DNA of 64,000 bases, taken from the NCBI RefSeq assembly GCF_030028105.1, contig NC_092383.1, positions 97,301,604-97,365,603 on the forward strand. Direction: 5' to 3'. Position numbers and translations under genes: made by a program. Positions within the stretch are counted from its first letter, which is position 1, and each line of letters opens with the position of its first letter. This DNA comes from Mobula birostris. Lineage: Eukaryota. The notes under the pieces were generated by a model. The model saw nothing but the letters and a program-made list of their open reading frames with translations, had not been told where the DNA came from and made no database searches. Positions 49,902-62,629 of this stretch are shown piece after piece.

Positions 49902-51590
49902 ACATAGACATAGAAACAGAAAACCTATAGCACAACACAGGCACTTCAGCCCACAAAGCTGTGCCGAACATCTGTCCTTACCTTAGAGTTGCTCATAGCC
50001 TTCTATTTTTTGAAGCTCCATGTACCTATCGAGGAGTCTCTTAAAAGACCCTAATATATCCGTCTCCACCACCATCGCTGGCTGCTCATTACACACAATC
50101 ACCACTCTCTGCGTAAAAAACTTACCCCTGACATCTCCTCTGTACCAGCTTCCAAGCACCTTAAAACTGCGCCCTCTTGTGTTAAACATTTCAGCCCTGG
50201 GAAGAAGCCTCTGACTATCCACACGATTAATGCCTCTCATCATCTTGTACACCTCTATCAGGTCACCCCTCATCCTCCTTTACTCCAAGGAGAAAAGACC
50301 AAGTCCACTCAACCTATTCTCATAAGGCATGCCCCCCCAGTCCACCAACATCCTTGTAAATCTCCTCTGCACCATTTCTATAGTTTCTACATCCTTCTTG
50401 TAGTGAGGTGACCAGAACTGAGCACAGTACTCCAAGTGGGGTCTGACCAGGGTCCTAGATAGTTGCAACATTACCTCTCAGCTCTTAAACTCAATCCCAC
50501 AATTGATGAAGGCCAATGCATCGTATGCCTTCTTAACCACAGACTCAACCTGTGTAGCTCCTTTCAGTGCCCAATAGACTCGGGCCCCAAGATCACTCTT
50601 ATCCTCCACACTGCCAAGAGTCTTACCATTAATACTATATTCTGTCATCATATTTGACCTACCAAAATGAACACCTCACACTTATCTGGGTTGAACTCCA
50701 TCTACAGCTTTTCAGCCCAGTTTTGCATCCCATTGATGTCCTGCTGTAATATGACCTGTCTACAACCACTCTTTGCCTTCTGTGGGCAAGCCAATTCTGG
50801 ATCCACAAAGCAAGGTCCCCTTGGAACTCATGCCTCCTTACTTTCTCAATAAGTATTGCATGGGGTACCTTATCAAATGCCTTTCTGAAATCCATATACA
50901 CTAGATCTAATGCTCGACCTTCATCAATGTGTTTAGTTACATCCCCAAAAAATTCAATCAGGCTCGTAAGGTACGACCTGCCTTTGACAAAGCCATGCTG
51001 ACTATTCCTAATCCTATTATACCTCTCCAAATGTTCATAAACCCTGCCTCTCAGGATCTTTTCCATCAACTTATCAACCACTGAGTAAGACTCACTGGTC
51101 TATAATTTCCTGGCCTATCTCTTCTCCCTTTCGTGAATAATGGAACAACATCCGTAACCCTCCAATTCTCCAGAACCTTTCCCATCCTCATTAGTGATGC
51201 AAAGATTATTGCCAGAAGCTCAGCAATCTCATCCCTCGTCCTCCCCGAGTAGCCTGGGGTATATCTCGTCTGGTCCCGGTGACTTACCCAACTTGATGCT
51301 TTCCAAAAGCTCCAACACATCCTCTTTCTTAATATCTACAAGCTCAAGCTTTTCAGTCCGCTGCAAGTCATCTCTACAATCACCAACTTCCTTTTCCTTA
51401 CTGAATACTGAAGCAAAGTATTCATTAAGTACCTCTGCTATCTCCTCGCACTTCCAGACACACTTTTCCACTGTCACACTTGATTTACCCTATTCTCTCA
51501 TGTCTTGTACTCTTGCTCTTCACAAACTTGTAGAATGCCTTGGGGGTTTCCTTCATCTTGTCTGCCATGGCCCCTTCTGGCTCTGGCTCT
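49902..51590 (-). mobile_element. CR1 fragment with internal deletion
   Basis: ORFs 51229-51477, 50659-51081, 50280-50471 and 49983-50273 are consecutive CR1 ORF2 segments. Confidence 0.85.
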
Positions 51591-51839
51591 TGAGTTATAC
51601 GGAAAGACTGGATAGACTTGACATTTTTCTTCTGGGGCTTGGAAGCCTGAAGGTATTAGAAGGTATTAAAAGGTATTATTAAAAGGTATTACTTTTATAA
51701 AATCATGATGGGTGGAGGGAAGCTGTGAAAGGTACTTGATAAGAAGGCAGACGAGAGAAACAGCAGCTAATATTATGCCTGTGTAGATCACAGACTGTCA
51801 GCATTAACAGTGAATTCTTCAGTTTCAGGTAAGCAGCTC

Positions 51840-52720
51840 CTCCTTTGTGTACTGTCTTCACATCTTGATCTACCTTGATCCCATCGCTATATCTCTTTCC
51901 CCTCCTCTAACTCCACCATCTGCCTATCACCTACACATTACCCTTCCCCCTAATGCCCCCTCTGCCCTCCACAGTTCCCTCTCTTTAATCCGCGTGCTGC
52001 TTCCTTTCCAATCAGATCCCATCACCTTCAGCCCTTTGTCACTTCCACCAATCACCTGCCAGATGCTGGTGTCACTCCTTTCCCCATCGGCCTATCACCT
52101 CCCCCACAACACCTGGATCCGCCCATCACCTGCCCATTCGCGCCACTCCCTTCACCCCCCGCCCACCCCTGCCGCATCTCTCTACGCTGGCCATTTTCAC
52201 TTTCCTTCAATCCAGATGGAGAGTTTCAACCTGAAACATCAACAGTTTCAGTCGTTACATTTCATTTCAGAGAAATGTATACAATATACATCTTGAAATT
52301 CTTTTTCTACGCAACTATCCAGGCAAACAGAGGAGTGCCCCAAAGGATGAATGACAGTTAAACGTTAGTACCCCACAGCACCCCCATCTCCCCCTCCCAC
52401 ACACAAGCAGCAGCAAGGCAACAACCCCTCCCTCCCCCACTAGCAAAATAACTGCATCAGCATCCTCCACCGAGCACTCAGCATCAATAAAGACACAGAC
52501 TTGCAGTACCTCAAAGACCACTCGTTCACCCGATAAGTCAACATTCCATAGGCTCTCTCTCTCCCTAATAAGGGAAAAAGATGTGTCTCCGTTTCACCAC
52601 AAGAGAGGAGACATCATCTGTTCATTTCTCCCCACAGATGCTGTCTGACATGCGGAGTTCCTCCAGCATTTTGTGTTGCTCCAAAGTCCAGTGTCTGCAG
52701 TCTCCTCAGTCTGCTTGATA
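51840..52720 (+). mobile_element. Penelope-like 3' end remnant with a LINE 3'UTR piece nested inside
   Basis: Pyrimidine-rich 3'UTR, degenerate CCAGATGGAGAGTTTCAACCTGAAACATC at about 52212, and resumption ACAGATGCTGTCTGAC..CAGCATTTTGTG at about 52635. Confidence 0.45.
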
Positions 52721-52744
52721 GGAAATGTTCAAAAGGATATGGGC

Positions 52745-53113
52745 CAGATGGAGAGAAACAGGGTCATAGTGTCACAGAGCACAGAAACAGGCCTGAGGCC
52801 ATGCTGAAACCATTTAAACTGCCTATTCCCATCGACCTGCACTGGGACCAAACAACTCAATTCCCCTACCATCCATGTACCGATCCAAACTTTTCTTAAA
52901 CGTTGAAATTGAGTTTGCATGAACCACCTGTGCTGTCAGCTTATTCCACACTCTCACAGTCCTCTGAGTGAAGGAGGTTTCCCTCAAGCTCCCCTTAATC
53001 TTTTCACCTTTCACCCTTAACTCATGACCTCCAGTTGCAGTCCCATCCAACCTCAGTGGAAAAAGCCTGCTTGCATTTACCCTATCTATACCTCTTACAA
53101 TTTTGTATACCTC
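52745..53113 (-). mobile_element. CR1 3' end
   Basis: EVYKIVRGIDRVNASRLFPLR in ORF 52823-53215. Confidence 0.75.
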
Positions 53114-53843
53114 TGAAACCCCCTTATACTGGGTGTCTCTGGAAACCTGGCTTGTTAGCCCCTCGCTAACAGCCACTAAATTCTGATAAACCCACCTTTC
53201 TCTGGCTTCGTACATCTAGGGTGCACACAACTTGTGTCCTACCAAATCTGTGAGCTTAGGATGTCTCGCCCACCCGAAACCTGGCTTGTGTGAATGCTGT
53301 GTGATTTACTGCCCCCGGCAAGGGATAACAGATCGTACAGTGCATACTATTAAAAATAAGTATATTTAAGAATGTTAATTTAAACAAACAGTTATTAAAT
53401 GAAAGAAAGAAAAAAAAAAGGCCATTACTCTTAAATATTCAAATGTGCACTTAAGTTGGGGATCATCTTGAACTCCTCTGTCACTGACATGCTGGTCCCT
53501 CGGTCTGCGTAAAAGCACAAAGCACCTTCTGAACGTCACTCAAAATCCATCTGAAACAAACGGCTCTCCCAAGGGAGTATTGGGTCTTCCTCTTGATGCC
53601 GTTTATCTGTACAAAGCACCTTCTGCAATAGGAATGGCATCCTCAGCCATCTTTTCCCCCTGTCTTCTTCCAGCTCCCACCAACAAAGACCTTCTCCCAA
53701 TCCAACCATTCTGATTGGCTGACAGCACATTCTTAAGTTGAATAGAAAACCTTTTAACTTAGTTCAAACTCAAACAGAACAGACTGCACTTACAGAACTG
53801 CTAAAATGAAATACCTATGGCATAGCATTATACATTCATCACA
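53114..53843 (-). mobile_element. Unclassified LTR-like segment
   Basis: Non-coding; the minus strand can be read TGTGATG...GGGGTTTCA, with a CCAAT/ATTGG pair near 53699-53720. No matching TSD found. Confidence 0.3.
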
Positions 53844-56531
53844 TAGAACCATAGGACCATAGAAACTACAGCACAGAAACAGGCCCCTTGGCCCTTCTTG
53901 GCTGTGCCGAACCATTTTCTGCCTAGTCCCACTGACCTGCACACGGACCATATCCCTCCATACACCTCCCATCCATGTATCTGTCCAATTTATTCTTAAA
54001 TGTTAAAAAAGAACCCACATTTACCACCTCGTCTGGCAGCTCATTCCATACTCCCACCACTCTCTATGTGAAGGAGCCCCCCCTAATGTTCCCTTTAAAC
54101 TTTTCCCCACTCACCTTTAACCCATGTCCTCTGGTTTTTTTCTCCCCTTGCCTCAGTGGAAAAAGCCTGCTTGCATTCACTCTATCTATACCCATCATAA
54201 TTTTATATACCTCTGTTAATTCTCCCCTCATTCTTCTACGCTCCAGGGAAAAAAGTCCTAACCTATTCAACCTTTCTCTGTAACTGAGTTTCTCAAGTCC
54301 CGGCAACATCCTTGTAAACCTTCTCTGCACTCTTTCAACCTTATTTATATCCTTCCTGTAATTTGGTGACCAAAACTGAACACAATACTCCAGATTCGGC
54401 CTCACCAATGCCTTATACAACCTCATCATAACATTCCAGCTCTTATACTCAATACTTCGATTAATAAAGGCCAATGTACCAAAAGCTCTCTTTACGACCC
54501 TGTCTACCTGTGATGACACTTCTAGGGAATTTTGTATCTGTATTCTCAGATCCCTCTGTTACACTGCACTCCTCAGTGCCTTACCATTAACCCTGTATGT
54601 TCTACCTTGGTTTGTCCTTCCAACGTGCAATACCTCACACTTGTCAGTATTAAACTCCATCTGCCATTTTTCAGCCCATTTTTCCAGCTGGTCCAAGTCC
54701 CCCTGCAGGCTCTGAAAACCTTCCTCACTGTCTACTACACCTCCAATCTTTGTATCATCAGCAAACTTGCTGATCCAATTTACCACATTATCATCCAGAT
54801 CATTGATATAGATGACAAATAACAATGGACCCAGCACTGATCCCTGTGGCACACCACTAGTCACAGGCCTCCACTCAGAGAAGCAATTCTCTACCACCAC
54901 TCTCTGGCTTCTTCCATCGAGCCAATGTCCAATCCAATTTACCACCTCTCCATGTATACCTAGTGACTGAATTTTCCTAACTAACCTCCCATGCAGGACC
55001 TTGTCAAAGGCCTTACTGAAGTCCATGTAGACAATATCCACTGCCTTCCCTTCATCCACTTTCCTGATAACTTCCTCGAAAAACTCCAACAGATTGGTCA
55101 AACATGACCTACCACGCACAAAGCCATGTTGACTCTCCCTAATAAGCCCCTGTCTATCCAAATGCTTGTAGATTCTGTCTCTTAGTACTCCCTCCAATAA
55201 CTTACCTACTACTGACGTTAAACTCACCGGCCTATAATTTCCCAGATTACTTTTTGATCCTTTTTTAAACAATGGAACAACATGAACCACTCTCCAATCC
55301 TCCGGCACTTCACCCGTAGACAGCGACATTTTAAATATTTCTGCCAGGGCCCCTGCAATTTCAACACTAGTCTCCTTCAAGGTCTGCGGGAACACCCTGT
55401 CAGGTCCTGGGGATTTATCCACTTTAATTTTCCTCAAGACAGCAAGCACCTCCTCCTTTTCAATCCGTACAGTTGCCATGGTTTCACTACTTGATTCCCT
55501 CAATTCCATAGATTTCATGCCAGCTTCCTTAGTAAATACAGACGCAAAAAAAACCTATTTAAGATCTCCCCCATTTCCTTTGTTTCTGCACAAAGCCGAC
55601 CACTCTGATCTTCAAGAGGACCAATTTTATCCCTTACAATCCTTTTGCTCTTAATATACCTGTAAAAGCTCTTTGGATTATCCTTCACTTTGACAGCCAA
55701 GGCAACCTCATGTCTTCTTTTAGCCCTCCTGATCACGTTCTTAAATATTTTCTTGCACTTCTTATACTCCTCAAGCACCTTACTTACTCCCTGCTTCCTA
55801 TACACGTCATACAACTCCCTCTTCTTCTTTATCAGAGTTGGAATATCCCTTGAGAACCAAGGTTCCTTATTCCTATTCAATTTGCCTTTAATCCTGACAG
55901 GAACATACAAACTCGGCACTCTCAAAATTTCCCCTTTGAAGGCTTCCCACCTACCAATCACATTTTTGCCAGAGAACAACCTGTCCCAATCCACGCTTTT
56001 TAGATCCTTTCTCATTTCTTCAAATTTAGCCTTCTTCCAGTTCAGAACCTCAACCCTAGGACCAGATCTATCCTTGTCCATGATCAAATTGAAACTAATG
56101 GCGTTATGATCACTGGAACCAAAGTGCTCCCCTACACAGACTTCCGTCACTTGCCCGAATTCGTTTCCTAACAGGAGATCCAATATTGCATCCCCTCTAG
56201 TTGGTCCCTCTATATACTGATTTAGAAAACTTTCCTGAACACATTTTACAAACTCTAAACCATCTAGACCCCTAACAGTATGGGAGTACCAATCAATGTA
56301 TGGAAAATTAAAATCCCCTACCACCGCAACTTCATGTTTCCTGCAGTTGTCTGCTATCTCTCTGCAGATTTGCTCTTCCAAGTCTCGTTGACTATTGGGT
56401 GCTCTGTAATACAATCCCACTAATGTGGCCATACCTTTCCTGTTTCTCAGCTCCACCCATAGGGACTCAGTAGACAAGCCCTCTAATCTGTCCTGCCTGA
56501 GCACTGCTGTAATATTTTCCCTAACAAGCAA
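53841..56531 (-). mobile_element. Young CR1, 5'-truncated within the endonuclease
   Basis: Three long ORFs (55515-56534, 54559-55518, 54064-54519) with GDFNFP, SSDH, GVPQGSVLGP and FADDTK; CATAGAACCATAGGACCATAG tail. Confidence 0.95.
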
Positions 56532-56693
56532 CATACTCTAAATCTTCTGCATTCTCAGGAACACAGTCATAACTTGTTCAATGTTTCCTGATAATTCAGG
56601 TCCACTGGACCCAGCAATTTTCTTTGTACCCCTTCAAGCTTGTTTACATCATTCCAACAGAACAGTGAGAAAGGCAGTGATTGACCTTGGATT

Positions 56694-56822
56694 CCAGCAC
56701 AGCAGTGGGGAAGCAGAGGGTGTCACTGGATACCAGCACAGCAGTGGGGAAGCACAGGGTGACACTGAATACCAGCACAGCGGCGGGGAAGCAGAGATTG
56801 ACTTTAGTCTCCAGTACATACA
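56694..56822 (+). repeat. 39-bp tandem repeat, three units plus a partial
   Basis: CCAGCACAGC(A/G)G(T/C)GGGGAAGCA starts at 56694, 56733 and 56772; partial unit at 56811. Confidence 0.9.
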
Positions 56823-57491
56823 GTAAGTGGAGCGAGAAACGGCTCAGCCTGAGTTCCAGTTTAGCAACAGGTCAATGAGCTGTGATATTGAACGGTGGTT
56901 ACATGAGGTTGCCTCCTGCTTCTGTATCAGAGGAAATATTTCTCAACTCATCATACTGCCGAATTCTCCTACTTTCTCTCCACCCACACTGCAGTGATTA
57001 TCAGCTCCCCCCGCAACCTGTTCACAAAACCTCGGCCAGGAGCAACAAACCGCCTCACCTTCTCCCTCACTCCTCCTTCAGGGATCTGTGGATGTGCCCG
57101 ACAAGGCCCCACTCCGAGCTCCCTCTGTCCCTCACAGCACTCACGAACTTCCATTTATCACATGTTCCCTCAACACGTTCGCCTCCCCAAGCACCTCACC
57201 CAACCCTTCTCCCGACTGGCTCTCATTTTTCATGCCTGTGCCCCTCTGACCTGCCTTTGATATCTGGCTGCAGGCTGCAACTTCCATCCTCCGGACTCGG
57301 TGCAAAGAGTCTTCACTCTGTTCCTCCCTTGAGCTTACCGTGTACTGTTGGAATGGTGGTCTGCTTCTCTCACAGGACCGGGAGACAAACAATGAGACCC
57401 ATCACCCACTCTTGTAACTCTGATTCTCCCAGTCTGATTCATCCTCCAGTTACTGAGCTCATCTGCTGACTGTCTCCTCTTGTCTCCTCAG

Positions 57492-57812
57492 CTGGGACTG
57501 GGGATTCCTCTACCACTGTGAACGGAACTTGGGGACGCTCAGTCTCCTTACCTCCTGGGATACCAGTCGGACCAGACATTGCTCAGCTTGTGTGGAGACG
57601 GTTCTCACCCAGGGCGAAGATAGTGACATATTCAAACAAGAACAGTGACTATTACGGATCTGAGGAGTACAAGAGACGGATAATTCTTCATCCCAGGAAC
57701 TTCAGTCTGGAAATCCATGATCTACAGAAAAATGACTCTGATGATTATGAGGTGTCTGTTACAGCATTTTCAGGAGCACAGACTCAGAACAAAATGCGAC
57801 TGGAGGTGTACG
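57492..57812 (+). CDS. CD2/SLAM-family V-set Ig exon V3 (gene B)
   Basis: Acceptor ..GCTGACTGTCTCCTCTTGTCTCCTCAG| and donor GTGTACG|GTGAGT; 321 nt, phase 1-1. GTGDSSTTVNGTWGRSVSL...LVWRR...KRRIILHPRNFSLEIHDLQKNDSDDYEV...MRLEVY; no cysteines. Confidence 0.9.
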
Positions 57813-58589
57813 GTGAGTGAGACACCACGGAGAGGCTCAGGTTTCTTCGGTTCCTGAAACACCCCCAATTAATGGGTGAGGGCAGATCCTGTGTGCTTCC
57901 CTGTTTACTGAACCCTACTGACCGCCCGTGTCCAGAGCTGGGCTCATGGTCCCAGTGTAGTGGGATTGAGACAGTCTGGGGAACACACTTACCACATCCC
58001 CTGAGACTGAGTCAGAGCCCGAGAAGAAGTAATGATGACTCTCATTATTCTGAGTCCAGAGGAAATCAGCACTTAGGTGGACTATGGAAGATGTGGTTAC
58101 AGGGTGAGCGTTTAAACAGCATTTGGCCAGGTTCATGGATGAAAGGTCTGGAGGCAAATGGGACTAGCTTAGAACAGCACAGAGATTGTTGAGTTGGGCT
58201 GAATGGCCTCTTTCCATTGATGTTTCTCTACTTGACCCATGGGAACCTGAACTGAACAATGGACCCATAAGGTGGGAGGATCTGTAAAGGGGGTGAGTGG
58301 TCTGTGGGTCACTGTATCCCCAGTTAAAGATCTGGTCTGTCATGTTCAGGGATTCAAGTTATCCCATCAGTTTCCCAGGGCACTACTTGTTAATTGCCCA
58401 GACTGAGCTCAGCAAAGTGTTTATTCCTCAGCCTTCATGCTGTGCTGTGCTGACTGATACCCTGTGTACTCATTACACTGAATATAGTGTCCCAGTGAGT
58501 GACACAGTACACGGGCACAACAGCACACTCACACACACCAATATGGTTCCTGACTCACTCTAGCAATAACATTACATTCAAAGTAGACT

Positions 58590-59000
58590 GCAGACTGCAA
58601 TATCGAAACAGTGATCTGTTTGTTGGTCTCCTCTCTCGCTGTGGAAGGGACGACACCTCTCTCTCCCTGTGGCATGTTGAAGTGCTGGTTTGTGGACTAT
58701 AGTTTTTGATGGACCTCGATCATGGTCTCTTTGGGGGTTTGCTATCGCTTGCCTGAAGGTGGTGTGGGGCTGATGCTTCCTGCTGGAATGTGGGTGAAAC
58801 GGGAAGTGGGGAAGGTTCATGCTTTGCTGCCACTTGTGCGTGAGAGGGGGGTGGGGGGACTTTGTGGTTCCAACATTTTTCTGTCAGTCATTCTTTGGGG
58901 TTTTCTTCTGTTTCGTGGATGTCTGTGAAGTGTGAGAATTTCAGGTTGGATACTGTATGCATTCTCTGATATTAAATTGAACCAATGAACCATTGAAAAT
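58590..59000 (+). mobile_element. LINE 3'UTR-like insertion in intron 2 of gene B
   Basis: Interrupts a segment that is contiguous in the paralogous introns (11765-12040); ends ATTAAATTGAACCAATGAACCATTGAA. Confidence 0.5.
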
Positions 59001-59729
59001 AATCTCACCCAGCAACATCCATCTGAAGTTTGGCTGAGAAATGTTCTCTCTTCCATCCCAGGGTTAACTGGTTTCCATTGGAGGGATAACATTAGAAAAT
59101 GAGAAATAGGGGTAGCAGGCCAATCCGCCCCCAAGCCTAGTCCTGTCAGGGTTGGTTTGGCAGCCTCAGGTCCACTTTCCTGCCTGTTCCCCACACCCAC
59201 AACTCCTCGTCTCTGTGTGAAATGGGCAGACACTTATTCTGATGCTGTGTCCTCACTCTAGATTCCACCCTCTACCCCACAAGGTGGCGCATCCTCGTAG
59301 CTCCCCCGACTGTTGATTCACTCCAGGCAGGTCCTGTCCTTGACTATTTCACACCTGCTCCCAGTCTTTGTGATCATTGCTGTCACTTGGTAACTTTACC
59401 AACTAAGGGCATTAACCCCTCTTCATCTGTTACAACTTCAGTGAGACAGAGGACACCTAAATAGTCTCACCAAGAACTCCCAATTAATTCTGACCTGAAA
59501 AGCATGGACCCAAGCTCTGTAATGAAGACAGGGAGTTTATTTAACTATCATGGAGAAACAGAGTCGACACTTAACAATACAATTACTGACAGTGAGACTC
59601 CAATGTTTTCAATGGCTTGATCAGCTCCATTCATAGATCCTGCTGGCTGCTCCATCTACGTCATCCAGACGTCTGCTGATATTCCGCAGCTCTGCCTTTC
59701 CCTGTTCTCCCAGAGGATGTCAGAGGTCA

Positions 59730-60790
59730 TAGATTGTTTTGGCTGAATTATTCAGCTATTGCTGCCTCTCTGACTGGATGTCTGTGACAAGGCGAGTGCT
59801 GCAGGGATTTGTGCTAGGTCCATTGTTGTTTGCCATCTATATCAACGACCTGGGCAATAATGTGGTTAACTGGATCAGCAAATTTGCAGATGACATCAAG
59901 ATTAGGGATATAGTAGACAGCAAGGAAGACCATCAGATCTTGCAGCGGGGTCTGGACCAGCTGAAAATGGACTGAAAAATGGCACATGGAATTTAATGCC
60001 GATAAGTGTGACGTGTTTTTCTTTGGTAGGACCAACCAGGGTAGATCTTACACTGTGAATGGTATGCCACTGAGAAGTGTAGTAGAACGAAGGGATATAG
60101 TAATACAAGTCTATAATTCATCGGAAGTGGTGTCAGAGGTAGATAGGGTCGTAAAGAAGAATTTTGGAACATTAGCCTTCATAAAGCAAAGTATTGAGTA
60201 CAGGAGTTGGCATGTTAGTTGAAGTTGCATAAAATGTTGATGAGGCCTACTTTGGAATATTATGTGCGGTGTTGGTCACCTGCCTACAGGAAAGATGTAA
60301 ATAAGGTTGAAAGAGTGCAGAGAAAATTTACAAGGTTGTTGCCGGGTCTGGAAGATGTGAGTTATAAGGAAAGGTTGAATAGGTTAGGACATTATTCCTT
60401 GGAATGTAAAAGACTGAGGGGACACTTGATTGAGATATACAAAATTATGAGGGTATAAATAGAGTAAATGCAAACAGGCTTTTTTTCACTGCAGTTGGGT
60501 AGGACTACAAACAGAGGTCATGGGTTAAGGGTGAAAGGTGAAAAGTTTAGGGGGAACATGAGGGAAAAATTCTTCACAGAGGGTCATGAGAATATGAAAT
60601 GAGCTGTCACCAGAAGGGCAAGCTCAATTTCAACAGTTAAGAGAAGTTTGGACAGGTACATGTATGTTACTGTATGGAGAGCTATGTTCCCGGCACTGGT
60701 CGATTGGAGCAGACAGTTTAAATGATTTTGGCATGGAGCAGATGGACCAAAGATCTGTTACTGTGCTGTAATCTTCTATGACTTGATGAC
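59730..60790 (+). mobile_element. CR1 RT to 3' end
   Basis: VLQGFVLGPLLFAIYINDLG..FADDIK; YVRCWSPAYRKDVNKVERVQRKFTR. Confidence 0.85.
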
Positions 60791-61044
60791 TGTTCTAAAC
60801 TCTGGGATGGTGTCTTTTCTATGTTGTAAGTGAATTGCGGACAAGTGTACATGGATAGGAGGCTGGTTTCCATGATATACTTAGTTGTGTTCACAACTCT
60901 CTGCAGTTTCTTACGGTCACATACAAAACAGTTGCCATAACAAGTGTGATGCACCCATGATGCTTTCTATGGTGCATCTACAAAAGCTGGTGAGGGTTAA
61001 AGGGGACATGCCAATGGTTTTTAGTGTGTTGAAGTGCTGTTCTT

Positions 61045-61270
61045 TTCTGCGAGTGAGTGGGCTGGGGACTGTTATTATTGCAGTTAATTTTTGTGAGTGA
61101 GGGGTTTGGGGACTGTTACTGTCACTGTTCTTTTCTGCGAGTGAGGGGGCCAGGGACTGTTATTGTGGAAGTTAATTTTTGCGAGTGAGAGGGTCGGGGA
61201 CTGTTATTGTGGCTGGTCTTTTCTGTGAGTGAGGGGTGTTGGGGATGGTCATTGTCACTTTTTTTTTTGC
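61045..61270. repeat. Imperfect minisatellite, about 44-bp unit
   Basis: G(C/T)GAGTGAG...GGGGACTGTTA(T/C)T repeated five to six times. Confidence 0.75.
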
Positions 61271-62362
61271 TGTGGGAAAGGGGGGATTTTGGGGACTGTG
61301 ACTTCTGTTTCTTCTCTTTTTTTGTGTCCGGGAAGAGTTAATGGCTTTTCATTCAGCAATACCATTTCTTTCTGTGTTTGGTGGCTATCTGAAGTAGAGA
61401 CATATCAGAGTTGTATTGTACACACATACTTATGAAGCTTTGAACCTTTATTGAGTTTGACCAGGACTGTCTATCGGTGATGTTCAGTCCTGCGAACTTC
61501 AGCCTTCTCAGCTTCGACACTGTTGTGGTTAAGGATTGTCTATCCTCACTCTCCACACCACCCACCCCCAACATTTTGAAGTCAATGACCAACTCTTGTT
61601 TTAGTGACATTGAGAAAGATGGCTGTCATGGCAATACATCACTAGGCTCTTTACCTCACTCCTCGGCTCTGACTCATCATTATTTGAGATTTGGCCGACT
61701 ATGGTGGTGCTACTGCCAACTGAGGGTATGAGAGGTGATCACACTGAAACATCCAAACACCTCATCGGGTTCTGCAGGATGGAGCCCTGGCTGGAGTGAT
61801 AGAATATGAGCTCAGCTGCTCCAGACTAAGAGAGGATGAAATACACGGGAGAAATCACACCCAGAGGGTAGTGAATTTTCACAGCTCTTTACTAAACAGC
61901 ACTACAGAAGTTCAGTCACATGGGGTATTCAACGTAGATGTGGATGGTTTTTGGATATCAAGGGAATTAAAGGATGTGAGTTTGGTGCAGGAAAATGAGG
62001 TGGAGGGCAATCAGCCATGAATGGGGCAGCAGACAGGAAGGGGCTGAATGGTCAAACATAAAGTTTCTACTGAACAATTAAATGGAGCTGGAATGAATTC
62101 CTGCAATACAGAGACATCAGCAAGACATGACGCAGCTTTATGAGTAACTCTTGTGAAAGAGGGTGCAGCACTTGTGGGAACTTCCTCCAGCAGTAACTGG
62201 CTGAACTGAAGGGTGAGAGAAGAGTTAAACTGTTGGGTTGGAAATGAGTTGGGATTGGCATAAATTTCATTTGTTTCTGTTGGGATGGAATGCGGGAGTT
62301 GGGGATTAAGGTGTCGATAAGGATCTTCTTAATTCACCTTTCTTTTTCTGTCTCGACCTCAG

Positions 62363-62629
62363 ATCCTGTGTCAGGTACAGTCATCATGGTTCAGTACATC
62401 GTCAAGACTTGCAATATCATCTTGATCTGCTCTGAAGATTCAGGCAACTCCATTTTCAGGTGGTGGAGGGGAGGAGAAGTTGTGGGAACTGGCAGCTACT
62501 ATCACCTCCAGCAGCATGGAGAGGCGAAAGGGGACGAAGAAGTCCTGTATAAGTGTGAGGCCCGGAACCCCGTCAGTAACGAAATGACAGAGGTCTGGCT
62601 GGGAGACATCTGTGGAAAGAACAAATCTG
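62363..62629 (+). CDS. CD2/SLAM-family C2-set Ig exon (gene B)
   Basis: Acceptor TCTTTTTCTGTCTCGACCTCAG| and donor |GTGAGT; 267 nt, phase 1-1, in frame with V3. DPVSG..TCNIILICS..FRWWR..YKCEARNPVS..DIC shows the four-cysteine pattern and NPVS motif of SLAM-family D2. Confidence 0.9.

Noticed and set aside
43101-55109. Numerous plus-strand 60-150 aa ORFs rich in S/L/F
   Set aside because: They are antisense shadows of minus-strand CR1 ORF2.
56694-56822. CRISPR-like array
   Set aside because: Units are directly adjacent with no unique spacers, the context is vertebrate and there are no cas genes.
57514-57520. RSS heptamer CACTGTG at the start of V3, suggesting rearranging V segments
   Set aside because: It lies inside coding sequence, has no nonamer at 12 or 23 bp, and V1 and V2 lack it. 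All V exons are complete with splice sites, so there is no evidence of V(D)J-type recombination.
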